A DNA stretch of 22,032 bases from assembly GCA_051892935.1 (NCBI GenBank), contig JBJFGS010000017.1, forward strand, positions 1 through 22,032, given 5' to 3'. The notes under the pieces are model-generated. The model was not told the origin of the DNA and ran no database searches. It saw only the letters and a program-made list of their open reading frames with translations. The stretch comes from Candidatus Coprovivens sp. Lineage in GTDB: Bacteria; Bacillota_I; Bacilli_A; RF39; UBA660. Positions 7,661-16,456 of the stretch are shown piece after piece (the first letter of the stretch is position 1; the number at the start of each line of letters is the position of its first letter). A program made the translations under genes and the position numbers.

Positions 7661-9985
7661 ATGGCAAAAAGTAGAGAAGAAGTATTTTCTAATTTACAAG
7701 TAGTAAAAAGAAATGGAAAAAAAGTTGATTTTAATGAAACAAAAATTGCTATTGCAATAAAAAAAGGTTTCGATGATGTAATAGAATCAGCAATGGATGA
7801 AGAAACAGGAATTGCAAAATATTCTGAAAAAGACATGCAAAAAATATTTCAAGATGTTTTAAATAGAATTGAAAAAGAATATGCAGATAAAGACAAAATA
7901 AAGATAGAAGAAATTCAAGATTTAATAGAAACTTCATTAAAAGCAAAAAAATATGATGAAGTGTATGAAGCTTTTGCAAATTATAGAGAAAAAAGAGCGC
8001 AATCAAGGGCAGCTTTTACAGAAGATAAAAGATCTCATAAATTTTTAAAAACTTTGGAAGGATTAGCTCTTAAAAGTGCCTCTGAAGATGACACAAAAAG
8101 AGAAAATGGTAATATAGATGGTAACTCAGCAATGGGTACAATGTTACAATTTGGTTCAAATGTATCTAAAGAATTTGCTAAAACATACCTAATGAAAAAA
8201 GTTTTTGCTGATGCTCATGATGAAGGAGATATTCATATTCATGATATGGACTTTGAAGCAATGGGAACAACTACATGCTTACAAATAGATTTAGATAAAC
8301 TATTTAAAGGTGGATTTTCAACAGGGCATGGTTACTTAAGAGAACCAAATGATATAATGAGCTACTCAGCACTAGCAGCAATCGCTATTCAATCAAATCA
8401 AAATGACCAACATGGTGGACAAAGTATACCATTATTCGACTATTACTTAGCACCAGGAGTTATCAAAACATTTAAAAAACAATTAAAAATGACTATTCAA
8501 GATTTATTAGATTATTCAGATTTCGCATCATTTATAAATATGAAAACAGTTGAAGATGTAATTAGTAAATTAACAACTATAAACACAACAGTCGAAGTAT
8601 TTGAAAAATACTATAAAGAAAATGAATCCTTAAAAAGATTATTCTCTATGGCATTAGAAAAAGCTGTAGCTAAAACAGATAAAATAACATATCAAGCTAT
8701 GGAAGCATTTATTCACAACTTAAATACAATGCACTCAAGAGCAGGAGCACAAGTTCCATTTTCAAGTGTAAACTTTGGAACTGATGTTTCACCAGAAGGA
8801 AGAATGGTAGTTAAGAATTATTTACTGGCAGTTGATGCAGGACTTGGACATAGTGAAACACCAATCTTCCCAATATCAATATTTAAAGTAAAAGAAGGTG
8901 TAAACTATAATCCAGGTGATCCAAACTATGACTTATTTAAACTATCATGTAAAGTTTCAGCTAAACGTCTATTCCCTAATTTTGAATTTATAGATGCTCC
9001 TTATAATTTACAATACTATGTTCCAGGCCGTCCTGAAACAGAAGTTGCAACAATGGGATGCCGTACAAGAGTTATGGGAAATGTTGTAGACCCTGATAAA
9101 GCAGTAGCTCCAGGTAGAGGAAATTTATCATTCACAACTATTAACTTACCAAGAATAGCTATTAGACATGGTATAGTTGGCCCAAATAATGGTGCTAAAA
9201 AAGCCGATATGAAAGCATTCTATGAAGAATTAGATGAAAAAATAGAATTATGTAAAGAACAATTACTTGAAAGATTTGAAATTCAATGTAAAAAGAGAGT
9301 ATACAACTTCCCATTCTTAATGGGACAAGGCAACTGGATGGATTCAGAAAAACTAAAACCTAACGACAAACTAAAAAAAGTACTAAAACATGGTACATTA
9401 TCAATTGGTTTTATAGGATTAGCTGAAAGTTTAGTTGCTTTAACTGGTGAACATCATGGAGAATCAGCAAAAGCCCAAAAATTAGGACTTGAAATAATCG
9501 GTCATATTAGAGAAAAATGTGATGAATATAGCCAAGAATACAAATTAAACTTCACTTGTCTAGCAACTCCAGCTGAAGGATTAAGTGGAAGATTTACTAA
9601 AATAGATAGAGCAATTTATGGAAAGATAAAAGGTGTAACAGATAGAGATTACTACACAAATTCATTCCATGTTCCAGTATATTATAATATTTCAATAGCT
9701 AAAAAGATTAAGCTTGAAGCACCATATCATGCATTAACAAACGCTGGTCATATTAGCTACATTGAACTTGATGGAGATGTTACAGAAAATGTTGAAGCAT
9801 TTGAATCAATAGTTAGAATGATGAAAGAAGCTGGCATCGGCTATGGAGCAATAAACCATCCAGTAGATAGAGACCCAGTTTGTGGATATGTTGGAGTAAT
9901 TAAAGACGTTTGTCCAGGATGTGGCCGTCGTGAAGGAGATCCAATTCCAGCAGAATTACTAAAAAATTTAAATTTTAATAAATAG
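7661..9985 (+). CDS. nrdD: Anaerobic (class III) ribonucleoside-triphosphate reductase, large fragment with ATP cone, lacking the glycyl-radical loop
   Basis: VVKRNG ATP cone, IHIHDMD, TTTCLQ, QHGGQS, MGCRTR, ATPAEG, YTNSFH, C-terminal DPVCG...CPGCG; start placed at ATG 7661 after AGGAG rather than at 7625. Confidence 0.93.
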   Translation: MAKSREEVFSNLQVVKRNGKKVDFNETKIAIAIKKGFDDVIESAMDEETGIAKYSEKDMQKIFQDVLNRIEKEYADKDKIKIEEIQDLIETSLKAKKYDEVYEAFANYREKRAQSRAAFTEDKRSHKFLKTLEGLALKSASEDDTKRENGNIDGNSAMGTMLQFGSNVSKEFAKTYLMKKVFADAHDEGDIHIHDMDFEAMGTTTCLQIDLDKLFKGGFSTGHGYLREPNDIMSYSALAAIAIQSNQNDQHGGQSIPLFDYYLAPGVIKTFKKQLKMTIQDLLDYSDFASFINMKTVEDVISKLTTINTTVEVFEKYYKENESLKRLFSMALEKAVAKTDKITYQAMEAFIHNLNTMHSRAGAQVPFSSVNFGTDVSPEGRMVVKNYLLAVDAGLGHSETPIFPISIFKVKEGVNYNPGDPNYDLFKLSCKVSAKRLFPNFEFIDAPYNLQYYVPGRPETEVATMGCRTRVMGNVVDPDKAVAPGRGNLSFTTINLPRIAIRHGIVGPNNGAKKADMKAFYEELDEKIELCKEQLLERFEIQCKKRVYNFPFLMGQGNWMDSEKLKPNDKLKKVLKHGTLSIGFIGLAESLVALTGEHHGESAKAQKLGLEIIGHIREKCDEYSQEYKLNFTCLATPAEGLSGRFTKIDRAIYGKIKGVTDRDYYTNSFHVPVYYNISIAKKIKLEAPYHALTNAGHISYIELDGDVTENVEAFESIVRMMKEAGIGYGAINHPVDRDPVCGYVGVIKDVCPGCGRREGDPIPAELLKNLNFNK

Positions 9986-10006
9986 AAGGAAAAAGAGGTA
10001 AAAGGT

Positions 10007-10192
10007 ATGAAAACAGAAAAAATCGAAAAAACTGCAGAAGCAAAAATTGAAAGCAAAAAAATGGTAGGAGAAGGAGTAGGCTTTGAAAGAATCAGAAGAA
10101 TTACTGGTTATCTTGTTGGAACAGTAGAAAGATTCAACGATGGAAAAAGAGCCGAAGAAAGAGATAGAGTAAAGCATACATTCGAAAAGTAG
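10007..10192 (+). CDS. nrdD: Separate glycyl-radical peptide of class III RNR (NrdD C-terminal fragment)
   Basis: 61 aa containing RIRRITGYL and FNDGKRAEERDRVKH, the canonical NrdD C-terminus; own GAGGT RBS. Confidence 0.88.
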   Translation: MKTEKIEKTAEAKIESKKMVGEGVGFERIRRITGYLVGTVERFNDGKRAEERDRVKHTFEK

Positions 10193-10209
10193 GAGTAATC
10201 CTACTTTTT
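10185..10209 (+). terminator. Intrinsic terminator after the nrdD pair
   Basis: AAAAGTAGGA-GTAA-TCCTACTTTT perfect stem with T tail. Confidence 0.8.
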
Positions 10210-10230
10210 ATATATTAAAAATATAAAAAA

Positions 10231-10239
10231 TGATATAAT
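10231..10239 (+). promoter_or_regulatory. Extended -10 promoter
   Basis: TGATATAAT 36 nt before the start codon; the same TGnTATAAT motif precedes genes at 12210, 14764, 16216, 16412, 18632 and 20289. Confidence 0.6.
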
Positions 10240-10275
10240 AAAATAAATAATATAAAACAACATAGGAGGAATAAA

Positions 10276-12150
10276 ATGGAAAACTATGGTTTAATGTCAA
10301 AAAGCGTTGGAACTAAATCAAGCAATATAAACGATTCATTATCCGGTGTTAAAAATATTTCATTTGATGGTGTATGGAGTGGAGATGCATACAACTCTTT
10401 ATCAAGCGCTCTAGAGCAAACACTAACCAGAGCAGATAATGTAAAAAGTGATTTAGACAAGTTTTCAGCTATATTAACAGAATTAGAAAGATATAAAGCA
10501 TTAAAAGAAAGAATCGACAAGCTAACGGAAGAAATAAACTCAATTTCTATTCCATCAGAACCAAAAGCAGCCGCTGCTGCAGAAAGTAGAAGAAACTTCC
10601 TAATTGCTCAAAGAGACAAATTAATAGAAGAAAAAAAACAACTAAGACAAAAAATAGAAAGTGAATTAGCTTCGTTTGAATCTATAGAATCACAAGTTTC
10701 AGTAATAAACTTTAATGTTGAAGATCACAAAGAATACCTAGACTATCTAGAAGAACTATATAAACAATTTGGTGGTCAGATGACATCAGAAGAATTTTTA
10801 GCATATTTAAATATGTTAGGTATAGGAAATCTATTACCCAAAAATAATAGTGATATTGCTCATAGAGGAAGTCATCCCGGAGGCATATATGAAAATTCCT
10901 TAGAAGCTTTTATAGCTGCTGGAGAAAGTGGATTCTGGGGTTGTGAAACAGATGTAAGATTTGATGAAAATGGTAACTTAGTATGTAGTCACAATGCAGT
11001 TAAAGATGGAGAAAATCCAGTATCATTTGAAGAATACTTAGACATATGCAAAAAATATGGTATGACAGCAATAATAGATTTAAAATACGCAAATGGATTA
11101 ACAAGAAATCCAGATACAGAACTATCACCAGCAATTATAAAAATAATAGAAGAAAAGGGAATGCTAGATAGTTGTGTTCTTCAAACCAATCATTTTAATG
11201 ATATTCCATATATAAGATCACAATCAGATGATGTTAGAATTTGGTTACTTGGACATAACAATGTAACAGATGAAAACATTAAATTAGCTCTTGAAAATAA
11301 CGTAGAATGTATTAATTTCAATAACTCTGAATATAACGTTAGCAGAATCAAAAAAGTAACAGAAGCTGGATTAGATGCGTGTGTCTGGAATGTTCAAAGT
11401 GAAACAACAAAACAACAATGCTTAAATGCTGGAGCAACATACGTAATGTCAGATAATGTTCTTGGAATAACTCCTTATAAAGAGGGAGAAACTGATTTCA
11501 ATGCTGTTAAAGGAAATTACGTTAATACTCAAACAAATTCAACATATAATATTGAAGGAATAAAAGAATTATTAAAAACAACCTCATCATCAAGCTCATC
11601 AAGTAGTAGTACCTATAAATATAATGGTCCTATATTATGTGCTAATCCTGATGATCCAACTATTAGTGGAAGACTTGATTATGTAAGATCAGATGGAGTT
11701 ACAGTTCAAGAAAGTTGGTGTGATATAAACCTTGAAAACACTAAAGAACTTAGTGATTTCTACAAATTCGATGGTGAAAAAGTCGTTGAAGGTACTAAAA
11801 TAAAAGATATGAAATACTGGGTACGTGATGATGGAGTTCAAATGATAGGAGATTATGTCGCTGTTGCAACAGATGTTATCCCTCGTAAAACTTATGGCAT
11901 AGATGATAATATGGGTGGTTGGAACGGAAAAACATACAACTACGGAGATGTTGTTGAAACAACACTTGGAAAAGGAATTGTTATGGGAGTATGTACATAC
12001 GCAGTTGGTTATCGAGAACAACATGGAGATATGTATACAAACTTAGAAATATATACTCTTTGGAATACACCAGGTATCTCAAATAAAGTATGGTCAGATG
12101 ACTATGTTCCACCAAACTATGCTCACGATCCATTATTGATAAATAAATAA
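10276..12150 (+). CDS. WXG100-like N-terminus + coiled coil + glycerophosphodiester phosphodiesterase (GDPD) domain + Ser linker + possible 3D-like domain
   Basis: 624 aa; GVWSG motif near residue 34; GDPD motifs IAHRG, YENSLEAF, CETDV, CSHN, IDLK, VWNV, MSDN; poly-Ser linker; AGGAGG RBS. Confidence 0.8.
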   Translation: MENYGLMSKSVGTKSSNINDSLSGVKNISFDGVWSGDAYNSLSSALEQTLTRADNVKSDLDKFSAILTELERYKALKERIDKLTEEINSISIPSEPKAAAAAESRRNFLIAQRDKLIEEKKQLRQKIESELASFESIESQVSVINFNVEDHKEYLDYLEELYKQFGGQMTSEEFLAYLNMLGIGNLLPKNNSDIAHRGSHPGGIYENSLEAFIAAGESGFWGCETDVRFDENGNLVCSHNAVKDGENPVSFEEYLDICKKYGMTAIIDLKYANGLTRNPDTELSPAIIKIIEEKGMLDSCVLQTNHFNDIPYIRSQSDDVRIWLLGHNNVTDENIKLALENNVECINFNNSEYNVSRIKKVTEAGLDACVWNVQSETTKQQCLNAGATYVMSDNVLGITPYKEGETDFNAVKGNYVNTQTNSTYNIEGIKELLKTTSSSSSSSSSTYKYNGPILCANPDDPTISGRLDYVRSDGVTVQESWCDINLENTKELSDFYKFDGEKVVEGTKIKDMKYWVRDDGVQMIGDYVAVATDVIPRKTYGIDDNMGGWNGKTYNYGDVVETTLGKGIVMGVCTYAVGYREQHGDMYTNLEIYTLWNTPGISNKVWSDDYVPPNYAHDPLLINK

Positions 12151-12153
12151 TAT

Positions 12154-12177
12154 AAGTAGGTATAATCCTACTTTTTT
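12154..12177 (+). terminator. Intrinsic terminator
   Basis: AAGTAGG-TATAAT-CCTACTT plus T run. Confidence 0.75.
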
Positions 12178-12237
12178 ATTTTCTAAAATAACGTTTTATT
12201 TAGCTTTTATGTTATAATCAGTACTGGAAGTGATTAA

Positions 12238-13347
12238 ATGAATTACTTAAAAAAGCACAAAAAATTTATTGTCATATATAGTATTATTATCTTAATATCT
12301 ACATTATCCATAATATTTACGTATAATAACCATAACTTCTATAATAAAACAATCGCCAAAATAACTAACATAGAAGAAAAATACTTATCAACAGAAGAAG
12401 TTACATATGGTTACAAAGATACTTTATATAATCAAATAATAACAGCTAAAATACTTAATGGTAAATATAAAGGAGAAGTAATTATAATAGAAAACGAATA
12501 TCATAATGGAGAAGCTTATACCCAAAAATATCATATTAAAGATGAAATATTCATTTCAATAAATGAAAGTCAAAACACAATAAGAAATGCCCATATTGAA
12601 GGATATAAAAGAGATAAATACATTGTAATTCTAGTAACATCACTTATTTTAATAATAATATTAGTAGGACAAATAAAAGGCTTTCTATCTATAATAAGTG
12701 TAATATTAAATATAATAATATTCAATATAATAGTTTATCTTAATACAAAAGATATTTCTTTACCAATACTTTCTTATATTGGAACAATAATATTCTCAAG
12801 TATATGTTTAAGCCTAGTATCAGGAATAAATAAAAAAACATTATCAGCCATAATTAGTAGTATTATAGGAGTAACAATAACCATGTTGATAAGCCTAATA
12901 GTTATTAACATAACAAACTATAGTGGAATAAGATTCGAAAATATGGAACTACTGACAAGACCATATGAAGGAATCTTCATATCTGAAATAATTCTAGGTG
13001 GTCTAGGAGCTATTATGGATATATCGATTAGTATTTCCTCATCCTTAAACGAACTCCTTGAAAAAGACCCAAAAATAACCAAAAAACAATTAACTAAATC
13101 AGGATTTAATATAGGAAAAGACATAATGAGTACAATGATAAATGTTCTATTCTTTACTTATATATGTACTTCAATACCTAATTTAACAATCTTATTTAGA
13201 AATGGTATATCTCTAAGTACTTTAATAAACGAATACATAAGCCTAGAAATGACAAGAGCCCTAACAGGAGCTATAGGTATAACAATAACTATACCTATAG
13301 CAATATATACAACAGTATTACTATATAAAAGGAGGGTAAAAGAATGA
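12238..13347 (+). CDS. YibE/F family membrane protein
   Basis: 369 aa; N-terminal TM, extracellular domain, multiple TM helices; LGAIMDISISISS and GFNIGKDIMSTMINVL motifs. Confidence 0.85.
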   Translation: MNYLKKHKKFIVIYSIIILISTLSIIFTYNNHNFYNKTIAKITNIEEKYLSTEEVTYGYKDTLYNQIITAKILNGKYKGEVIIIENEYHNGEAYTQKYHIKDEIFISINESQNTIRNAHIEGYKRDKYIVILVTSLILIIILVGQIKGFLSIISVILNIIIFNIIVYLNTKDISLPILSYIGTIIFSSICLSLVSGINKKTLSAIISSIIGVTITMLISLIVINITNYSGIRFENMELLTRPYEGIFISEIILGGLGAIMDISISISSSLNELLEKDPKITKKQLTKSGFNIGKDIMSTMINVLFFTYICTSIPNLTILFRNGISLSTLINEYISLEMTRALTGAIGITITIPIAIYTTVLLYKRRVKE

Positions 13348-14183
13348 TAAATATACTATCCCTTATATTACTAGTACTACTAACTATCATAGGAGGTAAA
13401 AGAGGAATAAAAACATTCTTCACTATATACTTAAACTTAACCCTATTATTTATATTAATAATCATAGTAGGATGGGGATTCAATCCAACAATCCCAACCC
13501 TAGTAATATGTACAATAATAAGTATAATAATATTATTCTTCTTAAATGGTTACAACAAAAAAACAATATCTTCATTTATATCAGTAATAATAACATTAAT
13601 AATATTTACCTTTATAACAATATTATTAGGAAAGAATATATATATACATGGTTATACAGAAGAAACACTAGATACTATAGGATATTTAATATACAATACA
13701 GGTCTAGATATGCTAACACTATCTAATTGTATAATTATAATAGGTCTAATAGGTAATATAAATGATACTTCTATAGCTATTTCTTCAGCATTATATGAGA
13801 TACATGAAAATAATCCAAAACTAAAACCTAAAGAATTATTTCTATCAGGAATGAATATTGGAAGAGACATTTTAGGTACAACTACTAACACCTTATTCTT
13901 TGCCTACTTAGGAGGATTTATGACATTATTTATTTACTTTCAAGACTTTCAATATAGTTTTACTACAATAATAAATTCAAAAATATTTGCCATAGAATTC
14001 ACAAGAATAATTCTAAGTGGTATCTCATCATTTCTAATTATTCCATTAACTTCTATAATAACAACAATAATATGTAAATTTAATAAGGAGGATATATATG
14101 AAAAAATTAAACATCATTTACGAAGACAAAGAACTACTAGTAGTAGAAAAAGAACCCCACTTACTAACTATAGCAACAGATAA
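13344..14183 (+). CDS. YibE/F family membrane protein (second paralog)
   Basis: 279 aa, polytopic; IGNINDTSIAISS and GMNIGRDILGTTTNTLFFA; ATGA overlap with the upstream gene; AGGAGG RBS. Confidence 0.85.
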   Translation: MINILSLILLVLLTIIGGKRGIKTFFTIYLNLTLLFILIIIVGWGFNPTIPTLVICTIISIIILFFLNGYNKKTISSFISVIITLIIFTFITILLGKNIYIHGYTEETLDTIGYLIYNTGLDMLTLSNCIIIIGLIGNINDTSIAISSALYEIHENNPKLKPKELFLSGMNIGRDILGTTTNTLFFAYLGGFMTLFIYFQDFQYSFTTIINSKIFAIEFTRIILSGISSFLIIPLTSIITTIICKFNKEDIYEKIKHHLRRQRTTSSRKRTPLTNYSNR

Positions 14184-14748
14184 AAAAGAACAAAAAACGC
14201 TATATAGTGAAGCAAGTACATACGTGAAAAAACAATACCCCAAAAACAAAGTATTCATTGTTAATCGTTTAGACAAAGATACATCAGGAATAGTAATATT
14301 CGCTAAAAACCAAAACAAAAAACAATTTCTTCAAAACAATTGGTCTAATGTAAAAAGAGAATATTTATGTATTGTCGAAGGAACCCCTTCTAAAAAGAAA
14401 GACACTTTAAAAAGCTATCTTGCTGAATCCAAAACTCTAGAAGTATATTCAACAAAAGACAAAACAAAAGGGAAAATAGCTATAACAGAATACGAAGTAC
14501 TACAAACTAGTGGTAAATATTCACTACTAAGAATAAACATAAAAACAGGAAGACGCAATCAAATAAGAGTTCAACTTAGTGATATTGGGAACCCTATTGT
14601 CGGAGATAAAAAATATAATAGTAAATCTAATCCACTAAAAAGACTAGCTCTCCATGCAATTCTAGTAGAATATACCGAAAATGGAAAATTATACCATTTT
14701 GAAACAAAATACCCAAAAGAATTTATCAAGTTATTTAAGAATATTTAG
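14098..14748 (+). CDS. RluA/RluD family pseudouridine synthase (no S4 domain)
   Basis: 216 aa; IIYED..LLVVEK, NRLDKDTSG (catalytic D), TGRRNQIR, PIVGDKKY, LALHA; AAGGAGG RBS. Confidence 0.92.
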   Translation: MKKLNIIYEDKELLVVEKEPHLLTIATDKKEQKTLYSEASTYVKKQYPKNKVFIVNRLDKDTSGIVIFAKNQNKKQFLQNNWSNVKREYLCIVEGTPSKKKDTLKSYLAESKTLEVYSTKDKTKGKIAITEYEVLQTSGKYSLLRINIKTGRRNQIRVQLSDIGNPIVGDKKYNSKSNPLKRLALHAILVEYTENGKLYHFETKYPKEFIKLFKNI

Positions 14749-14796
14749 TAAATTCTTTTTTTATGATATAATCTCAATATAATAAGGTGATAATAT

Positions 14797-15531
14797 ATGC
14801 AAGCATTATTTAATTTAATATTTGATAACTTTATCTTAGTATTCGTAATAGGAGCAGTATACTATATATATAAACAATATAAAGATCTTCAAGATCGAAC
14901 AAACAGCATAAATGATATTTTTATTAAAACTTTAAATAGTTATTTAGATCAAAAATTTACAGAAGCTCAAAAATTAGCTGAAGAAATAAAAAAAGAATAT
15001 GGACATATTGATCAAATAGCCACAGAAATAGATCGATTGCTATTTATAGTTGAAAAAGCTTCTACTAAAGATGTAAACGACATAGTAGCAACAAGTAATG
15101 CATTAAATAAGTTTAAAGTAGATAAAAAAATAGATATAAAAAAATATCCTCGAATTATAGAATTAAATGAATTAGGAACATTTGATGAAGAAGAAATGGA
15201 ATCTTTAGACAATGGTATAGCCATAGCCAGAAAAGAATATAACGCTCAAGCTTTTAGATACAATGAAAAAGCCAGCTCATTTCCAATTCAATACTTAACA
15301 AAAACACTAAAAGTAAAGAGTCAGTTTAGTATATTTGATGCTCCAAAATCATCTACATACGAATTGAACTACGAAGTATTCGAAGAACAAGAACCAGAAA
15401 TAAATTCCTTAACAATGTTAAATTATTCGAAAGAAGAACCAGAAGATATTAAAAAAGACACCAAAGAAGATATTCAAGAAGATGAAAATAGCCAAATCGA
15501 ATTAACTAACGAAAAAGGTAAAGAAGATTAG
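14797..15531 (+). CDS. LemA-like membrane-anchored protein with acidic tail
   Basis: 244 aa; N-terminal TM; LDNGIAIARKEYNAQAFRYNEKASSFP resembles the LemA 'I..aR..YN..V..YN....FP' motif. Confidence 0.7.
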   Translation: MQALFNLIFDNFILVFVIGAVYYIYKQYKDLQDRTNSINDIFIKTLNSYLDQKFTEAQKLAEEIKKEYGHIDQIATEIDRLLFIVEKASTKDVNDIVATSNALNKFKVDKKIDIKKYPRIIELNELGTFDEEEMESLDNGIAIARKEYNAQAFRYNEKASSFPIQYLTKTLKVKSQFSIFDAPKSSTYELNYEVFEEQEPEINSLTMLNYSKEEPEDIKKDTKEDIQEDENSQIELTNEKGKED

Positions 15532-15551
15532 ATAATATCTAATTTTTTTTA
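15527..15551 (+). terminator. Weak intrinsic terminator
   Basis: ATTAGAT-AAT-ATCTAAT followed by a long T run. Confidence 0.5.
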
Positions 15552-15628
15552 TGTAAAGATTGAAAAAATATATAATAGAAACTTAAAATATGATAAGTAT
15601 TATAATATAATAGAAAAAGGTGGTTAAT

Positions 15629-16156
15629 ATGAAAAAAAATAAAAAATACGATATAATAATATATAGTTGTTTAGTAGGAGCATTTATATTTATACTTCTT
15701 GGATATTGGGATAATCTTAAAGATTTAAAAGAAGATGGTCTAAGTTTTTCTCTTAAAAATCAGGAAACAGAAGAAAATAGCTCAACAGAACAAAAAGAAT
15801 ATGATTTAGAACCAAAGGAACTAGTTAATGCTGATAAAAACGGAATTATAAAAAAATATCTAGATTCTTTACTAGATCGTATTGATGTAGACCCATTAAT
15901 ATCGTACAACATGATTAATACTTGGGAAGAATATGAAATATTAAATATAGAATATGATAGAAAAATAGCAGAAAACTATTATGCATATATAGTAGATATT
16001 AAAATAAGTAATAAAGATGCAGTAATTCCAACAAATAAAAACGAAAAAATAAGTACGAATGAATATATAGTGATAACTCTAAATGTTAATATAGCTTATT
16101 CTGAATTAAAAAATGGATTTATAGTTAAAAAAATAGATAAACCAGTAGAAAATTAA
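15629..16156 (+). CDS. Hypothetical membrane-anchored protein
   Basis: Basic N-terminus plus one hydrophobic helix; ATG 15629 follows AAGGTGG, so it is preferred over GTG 15620. Confidence 0.7.
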   Translation: MKKNKKYDIIIYSCLVGAFIFILLGYWDNLKDLKEDGLSFSLKNQETEENSSTEQKEYDLEPKELVNADKNGIIKKYLDSLLDRIDVDPLISYNMINTWEEYEILNIEYDRKIAENYYAYIVDIKISNKDAVIPTNKNEKISTNEYIVITLNVNIAYSELKNGFIVKKIDKPVEN

Positions 16157-16196
16157 AAAAACTACTGTTTTTTTTAAAAAAAAATCAAATTTTTTG

Positions 16197-16224
16197 TTGA
16201 CATTAGCCGTGAGAATGATATAAT
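16197..16224 (+). promoter_or_regulatory. Sigma-A promoter of the tRNA gene
   Basis: TTGACA (16197-16202), 16-nt spacer including TG, TATAAT (16219-16224). Confidence 0.8.
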
Positions 16225-16235
16225 TAAAGAGCAAT

Positions 16236-16311
16236 GCCTGATTAGCTCAGTCGGTAGAGCGCACGGCTGTTAACCGTTAGGTCGTAGGTTCGAGTCCTAC
16301 ATCAGGCGCCA
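16236..16311 (+). tRNA. tRNA-Asn (anticodon GTT)
   Basis: 76 nt; acceptor stem GCCTGAT/ATCAGGC, D arm GCTC/GAGC, anticodon loop CTGTTAA, T arm GTAGG-TTCGAGT-CCTAC, G discriminator, encoded CCA. Confidence 0.96.
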
Positions 16312-16321
16312 TTGTTAAAAT

Positions 16322-16347
16322 AACAGATTTTAAAATCTGTTTTTTTT
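16322..16347 (+). terminator. Intrinsic terminator after tRNA-Asn
   Basis: AACAGATTTTAAAATCTGTT palindrome plus T run. Confidence 0.8.
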
Positions 16348-16456
16348 ATTTATAATAAATTGTCAAAATATCGTAAAAAATAAAATCACATTTAATTACC
16401 ATTCTAATATGTGATATAATAAAAAAAATAGAATTACCACACTAGGAGGGAAAATA

